Assembly (NCBI GenBank): GCA_036268425.1
Contig: DATAUE010000108.1
Coordinates: 31,256-55,255 of the forward strand
Origin: Stellaceae bacterium
Lineage (GTDB): Bacteria > Pseudomonadota > Alphaproteobacteria > ATCC43930 > CGMCC-115725
Length of the DNA: 24,000 nt
Direction: 5' to 3'
The position numbers were made by a program, and so were the translations under genes. Below, in pieces: positions 1-8,202 of this stretch (position 1 is the first letter of the stretch; each line of letters opens with the position of its first letter). The notes under the pieces were generated by a model. It was given only the letters and a program-made list of their open reading frames with translations. It did no database searches and was not told the origin of the DNA.

Positions 1-374
1 TGCAGCACGCGAAAATCGCAGCACAGCGCAATCGCGCAACCGCCGCCGGCACAGGAGCCGGCGACTGCGGCGATGCTCGGTTGCGGCAAGGCGCGGATCG
101 CATCGTAGCAGGCGGCAACGTCGCGCTCATAGGCAGCGCCTCCGGCGCTGTCGGCCCGCAGCCGGGCAAATTCGCTGATATCGGCGCCGGCGCAGAAATG
201 GCCCGCCGAGCCTGTCAGGATTACCAGCCGCACCTCGCGCTCGCCGGCGAGGCCGCGAAACGCCGCCGCAAGATCGCGCCATGCCGCAAGGTTGAGGGCG
301 TTGCGCCGCGCCGGGCGATCGATTGTTACGACCGCAACCGCCGGCGTCGGCCGGCTCAGGGAAATCTCGGGCAA
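1..374 (-). CDS. enoyl-CoA hydratase/isomerase (crotonase) family protein, N-terminal part; 3' end runs off the left edge
   Basis: Minus-strand frame open to the window edge, so it is absent from the ORF track. Translation from TTG (372-374) reads MPEISLSRPTPAVAVVTIDRPARRNALNLAAWRDLAAAFRGLAGEREVRLVILTGSAGHFCAGADISEFARLRADS...AGSCAGGGCAIALCCDFRVL. This is the typical crotonase-fold N-terminus, including the GxxFCAGADI motif. An in-frame TGA lies immediately upstream of the TTG. Confidence 0.8.
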   Translation of the reverse strand, partial: MPEISLSRPTPAVAVVTIDRPARRNALNLAAWRDLAAAFRGLAGEREVRLVILTGSAGHFCAGADISEFARLRADSAGGAAYERDVAACYDAIRALPQPSIAAVAGSCAGGGCAIALCCDFRVL

Positions 375-608
375 CTCTCAGTATCCTGTTCCGTTGGCGC
401 GAGGAGACAGCAGCCAGTCGATAGGCAAATCGAAACATACATCGCGTAAGATGTTCGCAATGAGTTTCTTTCTTTGCGATAATGAACAGTGTGTTTGAAA
501 AAAATAAGCAACGAAGGGATGCGACGCTGGAAGATTTGGACGATCGGATACAATCCGGGTCGGAGCGCACCGAACAACTCGGAACATATCGTCGTGTGAC
601 ATAAGTCG

Positions 609-1169
609 ATGACGGCGCGCGTCTTCCCGAAAAGCCCAAAAGCCCGCAAGCCGCAAGCGCTCAAAGACTGGCGCGCGTCGGAGGCTTGGGTACCGAGGGC
701 TTTAGTGACGGAGATGATGAGTTCACCGGTTTCGGCACCGCGTTCGTCCGAGGGCGCCGTTCTTCTCGAATCCGGTGTCCTTGCTTGCCGCCGCGGCAAA
801 AACGGCGAACCGCAAATCCTGCTGATCAGCAAAAAAGGTTCCAAAAACTGGGGCATTCCAAAAGGTCGAGCGGAACCGCACCTCAGCTTCGGCGAGAATG
901 CCGCCAAGGAAGCCTATGAAGAAGCCGGTGTCTTGGGGAACCTCTCGACAAATGCCATCGGGATGTTCCGCGCCCGAAAACGCAGCCACAACCCGCGGGA
1001 GCGTCTGGTCATCGAAGTGTGGATTTATCTGCTCCTTGTGACGCAATGTCTGGCCAACTGGCCGGAGGAGCAGAAACGCAAAACGAAATGGGTGTCCTGC
1101 GAATATGCCGCCGCGCACCTGCGTGAGCCGGTGCTGGCGGATCTCTGTCATCGGCTGGCGCAGAGCTAA
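609..1169 (+). CDS. Nudix hydrolase, DIPP/Aps1-like subfamily
   Basis: ORF 609..1169. The Nudix box WGIPKGRAEPHLSFGENAAKEAYEEAGVLG aligns position for position by eye with the diphosphoinositol-polyphosphate phosphohydrolase-type box (W..PGGGxEPxE....AAxREVxEEAGV). The true start may be internal: GTG at 705 preceded by GAGGG (695-699), or ATG at 714. No SD precedes 609. Confidence 0.85.
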   Translation: MTARVFPKSPKARKPQALKDWRASEAWVPRALVTEMMSSPVSAPRSSEGAVLLESGVLACRRGKNGEPQILLISKKGSKNWGIPKGRAEPHLSFGENAAKEAYEEAGVLGNLSTNAIGMFRARKRSHNPRERLVIEVWIYLLLVTQCLANWPEEQKRKTKWVSCEYAAAHLREPVLADLCHRLAQS

Positions 1170-1197
1170 CAGAAAGCAGGCGCAGGGCGCGTCTGGC

Positions 1198-2595
1198 TTA
1201 ATGCCCCACGGCGGTCGCCGCCCGCTCGGCGGCTGTGTAAAGATCAAGGCGGGAATACACACCGAACGCCGAACCGTTATCGAGAAAACCGCCGCCGGGC
1301 CCCTCGGTCGCGGTCAGGATATCGTCCGCCTGGGAAAGCGTCAGATGGGGAAAGGCGACGGTGAGCAGGTAGCCGGCCTCCGGCGCCAGAGCGGCGACAT
1401 TTTCCACACCAGAGGCGTTTTGTGTAAAGACCGTGGCGAGGCCATAGGTTTGCGTCGACGCGTAAAACGCAGCGTTTTTCGCAGGTTCGGCAAAGCGGCT
1501 CTGGTCCTGCGCCGCGCAGGTTGCGACGCTGCCGCCGCAACCTGCTTCGAGGGCTTTTGTCAAATCGGCGCGGGCCGTTGCCAGGGCAGCGCGAAAATCA
1601 TCGATACGCTGGTGGCCGCGGCCGCGTTCGACCCCGACATAGCCCGGCTTATTGGCGAGCATCTGCGCGAGATCGAACAGCGCCAGCGTGCGGCCGCCCA
1701 GCACATCCATCGTGTAGTGCGCCCCCATGATGATGCGGTCGTTGCCGTATTCCGCACCGCGCACGATCATCTGCTGATACCGTTCGGGCACCATCAGGGC
1801 GAGCAGTAGCGCCTCGGTATAGCCGTAAGTGGTATGGCCGCTCGGATAGGACGGGCTGTCGGTCAGGTTCTGGGTCGGGCCTTGCAGATAGGCGGCATTG
1901 CCCGACGCGACGCCAAAGAAATCCGCGCCGACGATCGGCATCAGGTGCGGCTCGGTTTGAAACGGCCGGGAATTGCCGTAAGGGTCGGCACGAGGACCGC
2001 CGGCGGGCCGGCCATACATCTTGCCGAAGATGTCCGTGGTACCACTGACTTCCGACATGATCGCCAGCGCGGCGGCCGAGACTGGTGTCGTTTTGTCTGT
2101 GGTGGCGTTGCCGAAGAAATATTTGCCCGACCTGGCATCAGCCCGCGTCGTGGCATTGGCATAGGCGATCAGCGCCGCGATGGCTGGTGACACGCTCGTG
2201 AAATGCGAGGTCTGGCCGTCGTCCGCACTGGTGTAGGTGGCTTTTGTCTGATACGCAGCGCCAAGTCGGCTCCCCAACCCATCCGCGAGGTCCGCGGCGT
2301 TGCCGCCAGTGATGAACGCATCGCGCAGCGCCTGTTGTTGTTGCGCGGCAAACGGCAGCAGTGTCGGTTGCTGCGCCGTGCCGTCTTGAATGGCGCCGGT
2401 CTTTGCCAGATTGTCCGCCAGCGCCGCTTTGCCAGCAACACTGTTGCCGAGTGCGCTGACCGGTGACAGGCCGTGCAGTGCCGCCAAATTCACGGCATCC
2501 TGCGCCGACGCTTCACCCGCAAGCAGGATGCCCGCGACAGTAACAGCGACCCGCACTTTCGACGCCGACAATTTCCACATCGACATTTTCGACAT
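1198..2595 (-). CDS. secreted PAP2-superfamily (acid phosphatase/haloperoxidase-type) protein
   Basis: ORF 1198..2691. PAP2 motifs YPSGHTTYGY (PSGH) and DRIIMGAHYTMD (R-x5-H-x3-D) are present. I prefer the ATG at 2595, because MSKMSMWKLSASKVRVAVTVAGILLAGEASAQD is a classic signal peptide. The extra 32 codons of the longest ORF are Cys/Arg-rich and look non-coding. Confidence 0.8.
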   Translation of the reverse strand: MSKMSMWKLSASKVRVAVTVAGILLAGEASAQDAVNLAALHGLSPVSALGNSVAGKAALADNLAKTGAIQDGTAQQPTLLPFAAQQQQALRDAFITGGNAADLADGLGSRLGAAYQTKATYTSADDGQTSHFTSVSPAIAALIAYANATTRADARSGKYFFGNATTDKTTPVSAAALAIMSEVSGTTDIFGKMYGRPAGGPRADPYGNSRPFQTEPHLMPIVGADFFGVASGNAAYLQGPTQNLTDSPSYPSGHTTYGYTEALLLALMVPERYQQMIVRGAEYGNDRIIMGAHYTMDVLGGRTLALFDLAQMLANKPGYVGVERGRGHQRIDDFRAALATARADLTKALEAGCGGSVATCAAQDQSRFAEPAKNAAFYASTQTYGLATVFTQNASGVENVAALAPEAGYLLTVAFPHLTLSQADDILTATEGPGGGFLDNGSAFGVYSRLDLYTAAERAATAVGH

Positions 2596-2784
2596 CGACC
2601 AGTCCACCCTTTCACTGCCGGCAATACCAGCGGGGCACTGACGGTCAGCGACGGGACATACCGCGCATCTGACGCAGTTCGGATCGTACACGCGTGTCGA
2701 GCCCGCCGAGGATCAAAAAAACTCGGGCGTGCAGCGAGGGTACAAAGCCGGCGGCACCCGTGATCGGAAAAGCATCGATTTCGG

Positions 2785-3465
2785 TCACGGCCACAGGCGA
2801 GCCGCCAGGCGATCCAGTTCGGGAGGCGGGCTGGCATTCGCCCATCGCCGCAAGGCGACAATCTCGATGCCGTGAGCAAATCGCGATATCGTCTCGACCG
2901 TCTCCCGGAGATCAACAGTGCTCCCCGGCGTCTCGTTGATGATGAGCGCGAGGACGTTGAGGCCGCGCCATCGCAACACCTCGACGGCCGAAAGCGTGTG
3001 GCTGATCGTGCCGAGATAGCTGCCGGCGACCACCAGGAGCGGCAAGCCCAGCGCAGCCATCCAATCCAGCACCGTATGCCGCTCGTCGAGCGGCGCCATG
3101 ATGCCGCCGACGCCCTCGATCAGCAGCGCATCCATCTCGGGCTGCGCCGTCTTACGGCAAAAATCCAGCAGTGCCGCAAAATCGACGCCGCGGCCTTCCC
3201 GGCGCGCCGCCATGTCGGGCGACAGCGCCGCCGCAAACCGCCAGCGCGAGGCACGATCGAGCGCATCATCGTCGATGTCCCGACCGAGCGCCGCGATCAG
3301 AAGCCCCGGATCACTTTCCGCGGCATGCCTGCGATCAAACCCGCTGGCTACCGGTTTCAACGCATTTACCGATCGGCCGCGGGCGCGCAGGCTGCGAACC
3401 AGACCGGCGGTGACAAACGTCTTGCCGATATCGGTTCCGGTCGCGGTGACGAAAACCGCCGTCAT
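2785..3465 (-). CDS. bioD: dethiobiotin synthetase
   Basis: 226 aa. N-terminal P-loop VTATGTDIGKTFVTAGL. The size and bio-operon context fit BioD. The start ATG overlaps the bioF stop (ATGA at 3462-3465). Confidence 0.9.
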   Translation of the reverse strand: MTAVFVTATGTDIGKTFVTAGLVRSLRARGRSVNALKPVASGFDRRHAAESDPGLLIAALGRDIDDDALDRASRWRFAAALSPDMAARREGRGVDFAALLDFCRKTAQPEMDALLIEGVGGIMAPLDERHTVLDWMAALGLPLLVVAGSYLGTISHTLSAVEVLRWRGLNVLALIINETPGSTVDLRETVETISRFAHGIEIVALRRWANASPPPELDRLAARLWP

Positions 3466-4652
3466 TTTTCGCGTTCGAGAATGCGGGTTTGAACAAGGTC
3501 CGCGAGCCGCTCGATCGCGCTATCCGGATGCAGCGCGGTGAATGCCATTCTGAGGCGTGCCGTGCCGGCCGGCACGGTCGGCGGCCGAATCGCAGCAACG
3601 AGATATCCTTCCTGTTCGAGCAGGCGGGACGCTTCGAGCGTCCGTTCGACATCGCCGATGACGATCGGAACGATGGTGCTCTCCGCCTCCGCAAGGCCAA
3701 GCCGGCGGGTGAACGCCTTGGCCTTCGCGAGCGGCAGCGCCGCGTAAACGGGTTCGCTCTCGATGATGTCGAGCGCCGCAATCGCAGCCGCCACCATCGC
3801 CGGCGGCAGACCTGTCGAATAGATCAGGGTGCGGGCACGCGTCTTAATCAGGTCAATCGCCGCGGCCGAGGCGCAGAGATACCCCCCCTGGCTGCCGATC
3901 GCCTTCGACAAGGTTCCCATCTGCAGCGGCACATCGGCTTTGACGCCATCGGCAAAGGTCGAACCGCGGCCGCCCCCAACCACCCCGACGCCATGCGCGT
4001 CGTCGGACATCAGCCAGGCATCGTGACGCCGCGCCAGTGCTGCGAGCGCGTGCAGCGGCGCCAAATCACCATCCATCGAAAAAACGCCGTCGGTGGCGAT
4101 CAGAGCGTGGTGGTGCCGATCGCGGTATGTCGCCAGCAATTCTTCCGCATGGCCGACATCGTTGTGGCGGAACCCGAGCACCCGGCCCCCAGTCATCCGC
4201 GCCCCGGCCCACAGGCAGGCATGCGCCAGTTCGTCGACCAGCACCAGATCGTCGCCGCCGACAAGCGCCGGAATGATCCCGGTATTCGCCTGGTAACCCG
4301 AATTGAACACGCAAGCCGAGGCGGTGCCTTTCAAGCGCGCCAGCCGCGTTTCGAGTTCGGCGAAAAGCGGGTGATTGCCGGTAACCAGGCGCGACGCCCC
4401 TGAGCCGGCGCCATAGCGCCGCAGCGCCTCGGTTGCCGCCTCCACCACCAGCGGGTGCCGCGTCAGGTTCAGATAGTCGTTGCACGAGAACGACATCAGA
4501 CGGCGACCGTTACGCACCACCCAGATGCCGTCTTCGCGCACGGTGTCAACCAGCCTGCGACGCAGGTTGTGCTCATCGAGTTCGGCCAGCTTCGCCGCCG
4601 CAAAACGGTCGAGCGAGTCTGGTCCCGCAGCGCCCCGGGCTGATGGCATCAC
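3462..4652 (-). CDS. bioF: 8-amino-7-oxononanoate synthase
   Basis: 396 aa alpha-oxoamine synthase. Motifs include SFSCNDYLNL, DDAHGVGVVG and the PLP-lysine motif GTLSKAIGSQGG. The start (GTG 4652 or ATG 4649) overlaps the bioA stop. Confidence 0.9.
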   Translation of the reverse strand: MMPSARGAAGPDSLDRFAAAKLAELDEHNLRRRLVDTVREDGIWVVRNGRRLMSFSCNDYLNLTRHPLVVEAATEALRRYGAGSGASRLVTGNHPLFAELETRLARLKGTASACVFNSGYQANTGIIPALVGGDDLVLVDELAHACLWAGARMTGGRVLGFRHNDVGHAEELLATYRDRHHHALIATDGVFSMDGDLAPLHALAALARRHDAWLMSDDAHGVGVVGGGRGSTFADGVKADVPLQMGTLSKAIGSQGGYLCASAAAIDLIKTRARTLIYSTGLPPAMVAAAIAALDIIESEPVYAALPLAKAKAFTRRLGLAEAESTIVPIVIGDVERTLEASRLLEQEGYLVAAIRPPTVPAGTARLRMAFTALHPDSAIERLADLVQTRILEREK

Positions 4653-5941
4653 GACCTCAGTTTCGTTCGGCCGGCATGGTGCTCGGCGAGCACGGTCTCG
4701 ATCGCCCGTATCAGCGTCGTCAGATCAGCGTCGTCGATCGTCAAGGCCGGTGTCAGGTAGACGATGTTGCCGAACGGTCGAATCCACACGCCGGCGTCGA
4801 TAAACCGCCGCTTCAAGCGGTTCACGTCACCGAGGCTATCGAGTTCGACGACGCCGATCGCACCCCTGACGCGGACATCCCGGACCCCAGCCAAATCGCG
4901 GCACGCCGCGAGGCCGGCTGCCAGTCTTTCCGAGATCGCCGCCGCCTGGGCCAGGCGGTCCTCTTCGGCAAACAGGTCCAGCGACGCATTGGCCGCGGCG
5001 CAGGCCAGGGCATTGCCCATAAAGGTCGGTCCGTGCATCAGGGCCTGCATCGGGTCGTCCGACCAGAACGCCTCGAAAACCTTGCGGTTGGCGATCGTCG
5101 CGGAAAGCGGCATCGTCCCGCCGGTCAGCGCCTTTGACAAGGTAATGATGTCGGGCGTCACGCCGGCCGCCTCACCGGCAAACATCGTCCCGGTGCGGCC
5201 GAAGCCGGTGAAAATTTCGTCGAAGATCAGCAGGAGGTTGTAGCGGTCGGCAGCGTGGCGCAGGTGGCGCAACACCTCCAAATCATGGAACAGCATGCCG
5301 CCCGCCCCCTGGACCAGCGGCTCGACGATAACGCCGGCGAGTTCACCGGCGTGGCGTTCGAGAAACCGGTCGAAGGCGGCGGCGCTCGCCGCGTCGCGCG
5401 GCAAATCGACGACATAATGCTGCGGCAGAAACCCGGCAAATATCCGGTGCATCCCGTCATCCGGATCGCACACGGCCATCGCACCGGTCGTATCGCCGTG
5501 ATAAGCGCCCTTGAAAGCGACAAGCCGGGTACGGCCGCGTTCGCCACGGTTCAGCCAATACTGCACCGCCATCTTCATCGCAACTTCGACAGCCACCGAC
5601 CCTGAATCCGAAAAGAACACCCGGTCCAAACCTGGAGGCAGCAATGCGCAGAGACGCTGCGCGAGCGTGTAGGCCGGCTCGTTCGCGAGATCGCCAAACA
5701 TGACATGCGGCATCAGGTCGAGCTGGCGACGCACGGCGGCGCGGATTTTCGGATGGTTGTAGCCGTGGCACGCCGTCCACCACGAAGCGATGCCGTCGAC
5801 CAGTTCACGCCCGTCGGCGAGCACGATTCGCGTGCCCTCAGTGCGCGCGGCGGGGACGGCGGGCATCGCCGTCTTCATCTGCGTGTAGGGGAGCCAGACG
5901 TGCCGGGCGCCGGCGTTGTACCATTCAGGAACCGGAGACAC
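4649..5941 (-). CDS. bioA: adenosylmethionine-8-amino-7-oxononanoate aminotransferase
   Basis: 430 aa class-III aminotransferase. Motifs include VWLPYTQM, SWWTACHGYNHP, FDEIFTGFGRTG and the PLP lysine in ITLSKALTGG. GTG start lies 11 nt after the bioB stop. Confidence 0.9.
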   Translation of the reverse strand: MSPVPEWYNAGARHVWLPYTQMKTAMPAVPAARTEGTRIVLADGRELVDGIASWWTACHGYNHPKIRAAVRRQLDLMPHVMFGDLANEPAYTLAQRLCALLPPGLDRVFFSDSGSVAVEVAMKMAVQYWLNRGERGRTRLVAFKGAYHGDTTGAMAVCDPDDGMHRIFAGFLPQHYVVDLPRDAASAAAFDRFLERHAGELAGVIVEPLVQGAGGMLFHDLEVLRHLRHAADRYNLLLIFDEIFTGFGRTGTMFAGEAAGVTPDIITLSKALTGGTMPLSATIANRKVFEAFWSDDPMQALMHGPTFMGNALACAAANASLDLFAEEDRLAQAAAISERLAAGLAACRDLAGVRDVRVRGAIGVVELDSLGDVNRLKRRFIDAGVWIRPFGNIVYLTPALTIDDADLTTLIRAIETVLAEHHAGRTKLRS

Positions 5942-5952
5942 GATCGCGGTGC

Positions 5953-6936
5953 CTAAGCGCCGGTCGCGACGAGTCCGAGGCGCTCGAACAGCGCGCGGTC
6001 GTGATCGACGTCGGGGTTGGCGGTCGTCAGCAGCTTGTCACCGGCAAAGATCGAGTTGGCGCCAGCGAGAAAGCACAGCGCCTGCAATTCGTCACTCATC
6101 TGCTCGCGACCGGCCGACAGCCGCACCATCGAGCGCGGCATCGTGATGCGCGCGGCAGCGATCGTGCGCACGAACTCGAACGGGTCGAGGCGCCCGGTGC
6201 CGGCAAGCGGCGTGCCGTCAACCTGCACCAGGAAATTGATCGGAACGCTCTCCGGCGGAACCGGGAGGCCCGCCAGCGCCGCGATCAGGCCGACCCGGTC
6301 GTCGCGCGCCTCGCCCATGCCGACAATGCCGCCGCAGCAGACATTGATCCCGGCGTCGCGCACATGACCGAGCGTCTGAAGCCGGTCCTTGTATGACCGG
6401 GTCGTAATGATCTCGCCGTAGAATTCCGGCGAGGTATCGAGGTTATGGTTGTAGTAGTCGAGGCCCGCATCCTTAAGTCGCTGCGCCTGCGCCGACGACA
6501 GCATGCCCAGTGTAACGCAACTTTCGAGGCCGAGCGCCTTCACCCCCTCGACCATCGCGCAGACCTGGTCGAGGTCGCGGTCTTTCGGTTCGCGCCATGC
6601 CGCGCCCATGCAGAAACGGCTGGCGCCGTTCGCCCTCGCGGCCCGCGCTGCCGTCATAACCTGATCCAGCGGCGACAGCTTGCTGGCGGCGACGCCAGTG
6701 TCGTAATGCGCGCTCTGCGGGCAATAGGCACAATCTTCCGGGCATCCGCCGGTCTTGATCGAGAGCAGTGTCGAGACCTGTACCTCGCACGGATCGAAAT
6801 GCCGCCGGTGCACGCTCTGGGCCTGAAAGATCAGTTCCGGAAACGGCAACTCGAACAGCGCCGCTACCTCGTCCTGGCTCCAGGTCCGAGGGTTGGCGTT
6901 TCCGGCCGGTCGTAGCTCGGTAGCAAAATCGGACAT
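5953..6936 (-). CDS. bioB: biotin synthase (radical SAM)
   Basis: Radical-SAM cluster motif [13 protein letters not shown], plus the YNHNLDTS and GGIVGMGE blocks typical of BioB. I prefer the ATG at 6936 ([10 protein letters not shown]...), which gives a normal-length N-terminus. The longest ORF starts at 7026. Confidence 0.9.
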   Translation of the reverse strand: MSDFATELRPAGNANPRTWSQDEVAALFELPFPELIFQAQSVHRRHFDPCEVQVSTLLSIKTGGCPEDCAYCPQSAHYDTGVAASKLSPLDQVMTAARAARANGASRFCMGAAWREPKDRDLDQVCAMVEGVKALGLESCVTLGMLSSAQAQRLKDAGLDYYNHNLDTSPEFYGEIITTRSYKDRLQTLGHVRDAGINVCCGGIVGMGEARDDRVGLIAALAGLPVPPESVPINFLVQVDGTPLAGTGRLDPFEFVRTIAAARITMPRSMVRLSAGREQMSDELQALCFLAGANSIFAGDKLLTTANPDVDHDRALFERLGLVATGA

Positions 6937-7049
6937 CGGCTTTTGTCTTTTTCCTGGGATCGGACGCTCGACCATATGCCAAGCAATACCCGATATGAGC
7001 ATCTGTTTCGCGGTACAGCCACCCACCGGCCAACGCTCGAAACGACAGG

Positions 7050-8123
7050 CTATTCTACAGCGTCGGGAAAGTTCAACTTCAAGTCGAGTTCGAGGTCGCG
7101 GCCGCGCAGGCTCGGCGGCAGTGGCGGAAAGCGGCCAACGGCTACAACCATCTGCTGGATTCGCGCGTCGATATCGGGATAGGTCGAACTGCTGGCAACG
7201 CGGGTCCCGGCGATTGTCCCGTCGTCGAGCACCCGAACCGCGATGACCGTGCGGCCACGGCGGCCGCCGATCATGTTCATCGGCAGCATGTCGATATGCT
7301 GCCGGGTCAACGTGACGAGATAAGCGAAATAGGCGTCGCGCGAATCTGCGGGACCCGATACCGGGGCACCCGCGGCCTCGCGCGGGCGTTCGGGGAGCGG
7401 TTGGCGCTCCGGTACCGATTGGCGCTCGGGCGCGGGTTGGCGCGCAGCAACAGTTGTCACCGACGGCGGCGGCGTCACCGCAGCCCTCGGTGCGGGGTTG
7501 CGCGGCACGGGACGCGACGGCGGCTCGGCAGACCGCACCGGCGCTGGTGCCGGCTTGGGCGGAGCAGCCGCGGCCATTTTTGGCGGCACCGGCGGCAGCC
7601 GCCTTGGAGTTGGCGTTGGCGTTGGCGCCGGTGCGGATTTGGCCGGCTCGGGTTTGGTGGGCTCGGGTTTGGTGGGCTCGGGTTTGGTCGGCTCGGATTT
7701 GGTGGGCTGGGGCGTCGCCTGTGCCATTTTCTCAGCAGCGATGTGGCCCGGTGCCGGCGGCTGGTCTTCGGGCGGGGAGGCTTCCGGTTGTTCTTCGAAT
7801 ACCAGCTGCACTGGAACGCCGGGCTGTGCAATATCCGGCGGCGCCGTCCACCACGCGATCAGCAGCAATAGCGGCAGCAGATGGATTGCCAATGACGGTG
7901 CCATGCCGCGCGAAGGCAACGGGGGGCGCGACGGTGATGGCTTTTCATCCGGCACATCTCCGACCGCGCGTTCCGGGTCGAGCTGGTTGCCTTCCGCAAA
8001 TTCGACAAGATAGGGCTGCAGCACAAGCGCCGGGTCCGGCCATTCGCCGGCGGGCAAGCTCGTTTCGAGGGGGTCGATCTCAAACAGATCAAGGAGATCG
8101 CCCGGTCGCTGTCGCACCTTCAT
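7050..8123 (-). CDS. TonB-family energy-transducer-like protein, paralog 1
   Basis: 357 aa. Single TM helix carrying the TonB SxxxH signature ([13 protein letters not shown]). Long Pro/Glu/Lys-rich spacer with (EPTKP)n. C-terminal block [50 protein letters not shown] resembles the TonB C-terminal domain. About 75 aa of cytoplasmic N-terminal extension. Confidence 0.75.
   Translation of the reverse strand: MKVRQRPGDLLDLFEIDPLETSLPAGEWPDPALVLQPYLVEFAEGNQLDPERAVGDVPDEKPSPSRPPLPSRGMAPSLAIHLLPLLLLIAWWTAPPDIAQPGVPVQLVFEEQPEASPPEDQPPAPGHIAAEKMAQATPQPTKSEPTKPEPTKPEPTKPEPAKSAPAPTPTPTPRRLPPVPPKMAAAAPPKPAPAPVRSAEPPSRPVPRNPAPRAAVTPPPSVTTVAARQPAPERQSVPERQPLPERPREAAGAPVSGPADSRDAYFAYLVTLTRQHIDMLPMNMIGGRRGRTVIAVRVLDDGTIAGTRVASSSTYPDIDARIQQMVVAVGRFPPLPPSLRGRDLELDLKLNFPDAVE
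7399..7452 (-). repeat. in-frame degenerate 18-bp tandem repeat (x3) encoding (PERQxx)n in TonB-like paralog 1
   Basis: The core g(g/a)ttggcgc recurs at 7399, 7417 and 7435, exactly 18 nt apart. The peptide reads [21 protein letters not shown]. Confidence 0.75.
7609..7626 (-). repeat. in-frame 6-bp repeat (gttggc x3) encoding TPTPTP
   Basis: gttggc at 7609-7614, 7615-7620 and 7621-7626. Confidence 0.85.
7630..7704 (-). repeat. in-frame 15-bp tandem repeat (4 good copies plus 1 degenerate copy) encoding (EPTKP)n in TonB-like paralog 1
   Basis: Plus-strand units ggctcgggtttggtg at 7645-7659 and 7660-7674, ggctcgggtttggtc at 7675-7689, ggctcggatttggtg at 7690-7704, and a degenerate unit at 7630-7644. 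The peptide reads [23 protein letters not shown]. Confidence 0.9.
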
Positions 8124-8125
8124 CA

Positions 8126-8148
8126 GGAATATTCCGATCGGCCGATCG
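8126..8148. promoter_or_regulatory. two abutting perfect palindromes, GGAATATTCC and CGATCGGCCGATCG, 3-25 nt upstream of the TonB-like paralog 1 ATG; candidate operator or leader structure
   Basis: GGAATATTCC at 8126-8135 and CGATCGGCCGATCG at 8135-8148, sharing one base. Both were checked base by base as exact reverse-complement palindromes. Confidence 0.3.
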
Positions 8149-8202
8149 TACGCATCCCCATCAGATTAAAGCGCTGCCCATCGTGCCGTGGTGATACTCC
8201 GC

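Noticed and set aside
1170-1200. Possible bidirectional terminator between the convergent Nudix and PAP2 genes. Similar weak inverted repeats lie at 2715-2745 and 22262-22298.
   Set aside because: The stems are only 4-7 bp, with mismatches, bulges or oversized loops, and no flanking U-tract in the right position. They are not convincing intrinsic terminators.
6937-7026. Longest-ORF N-terminal extensions: bioB from 7026, PAP2 from 2691, recN from TTG 13162, NEW3 protein from 16410, ATPase from 15197, permease from 14242, TonB paralog 2 from 9261.
   Set aside because: The internal starts give canonical N-termini or signal peptides. For the ABC module and TonB paralog 2 they are also preceded by strong SD sequences. 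The extensions are Arg/Cys-rich, lack SDs or overlap the upstream gene.
6937-7049. Looked for a BioR box (TTATMKATAA) or a BirA-type long inverted repeat in the bioB leader.
   Set aside because: Neither is visible. Only a CATATG hexamer and a second ATATG 19 nt away were found, and that is too little to call a site.
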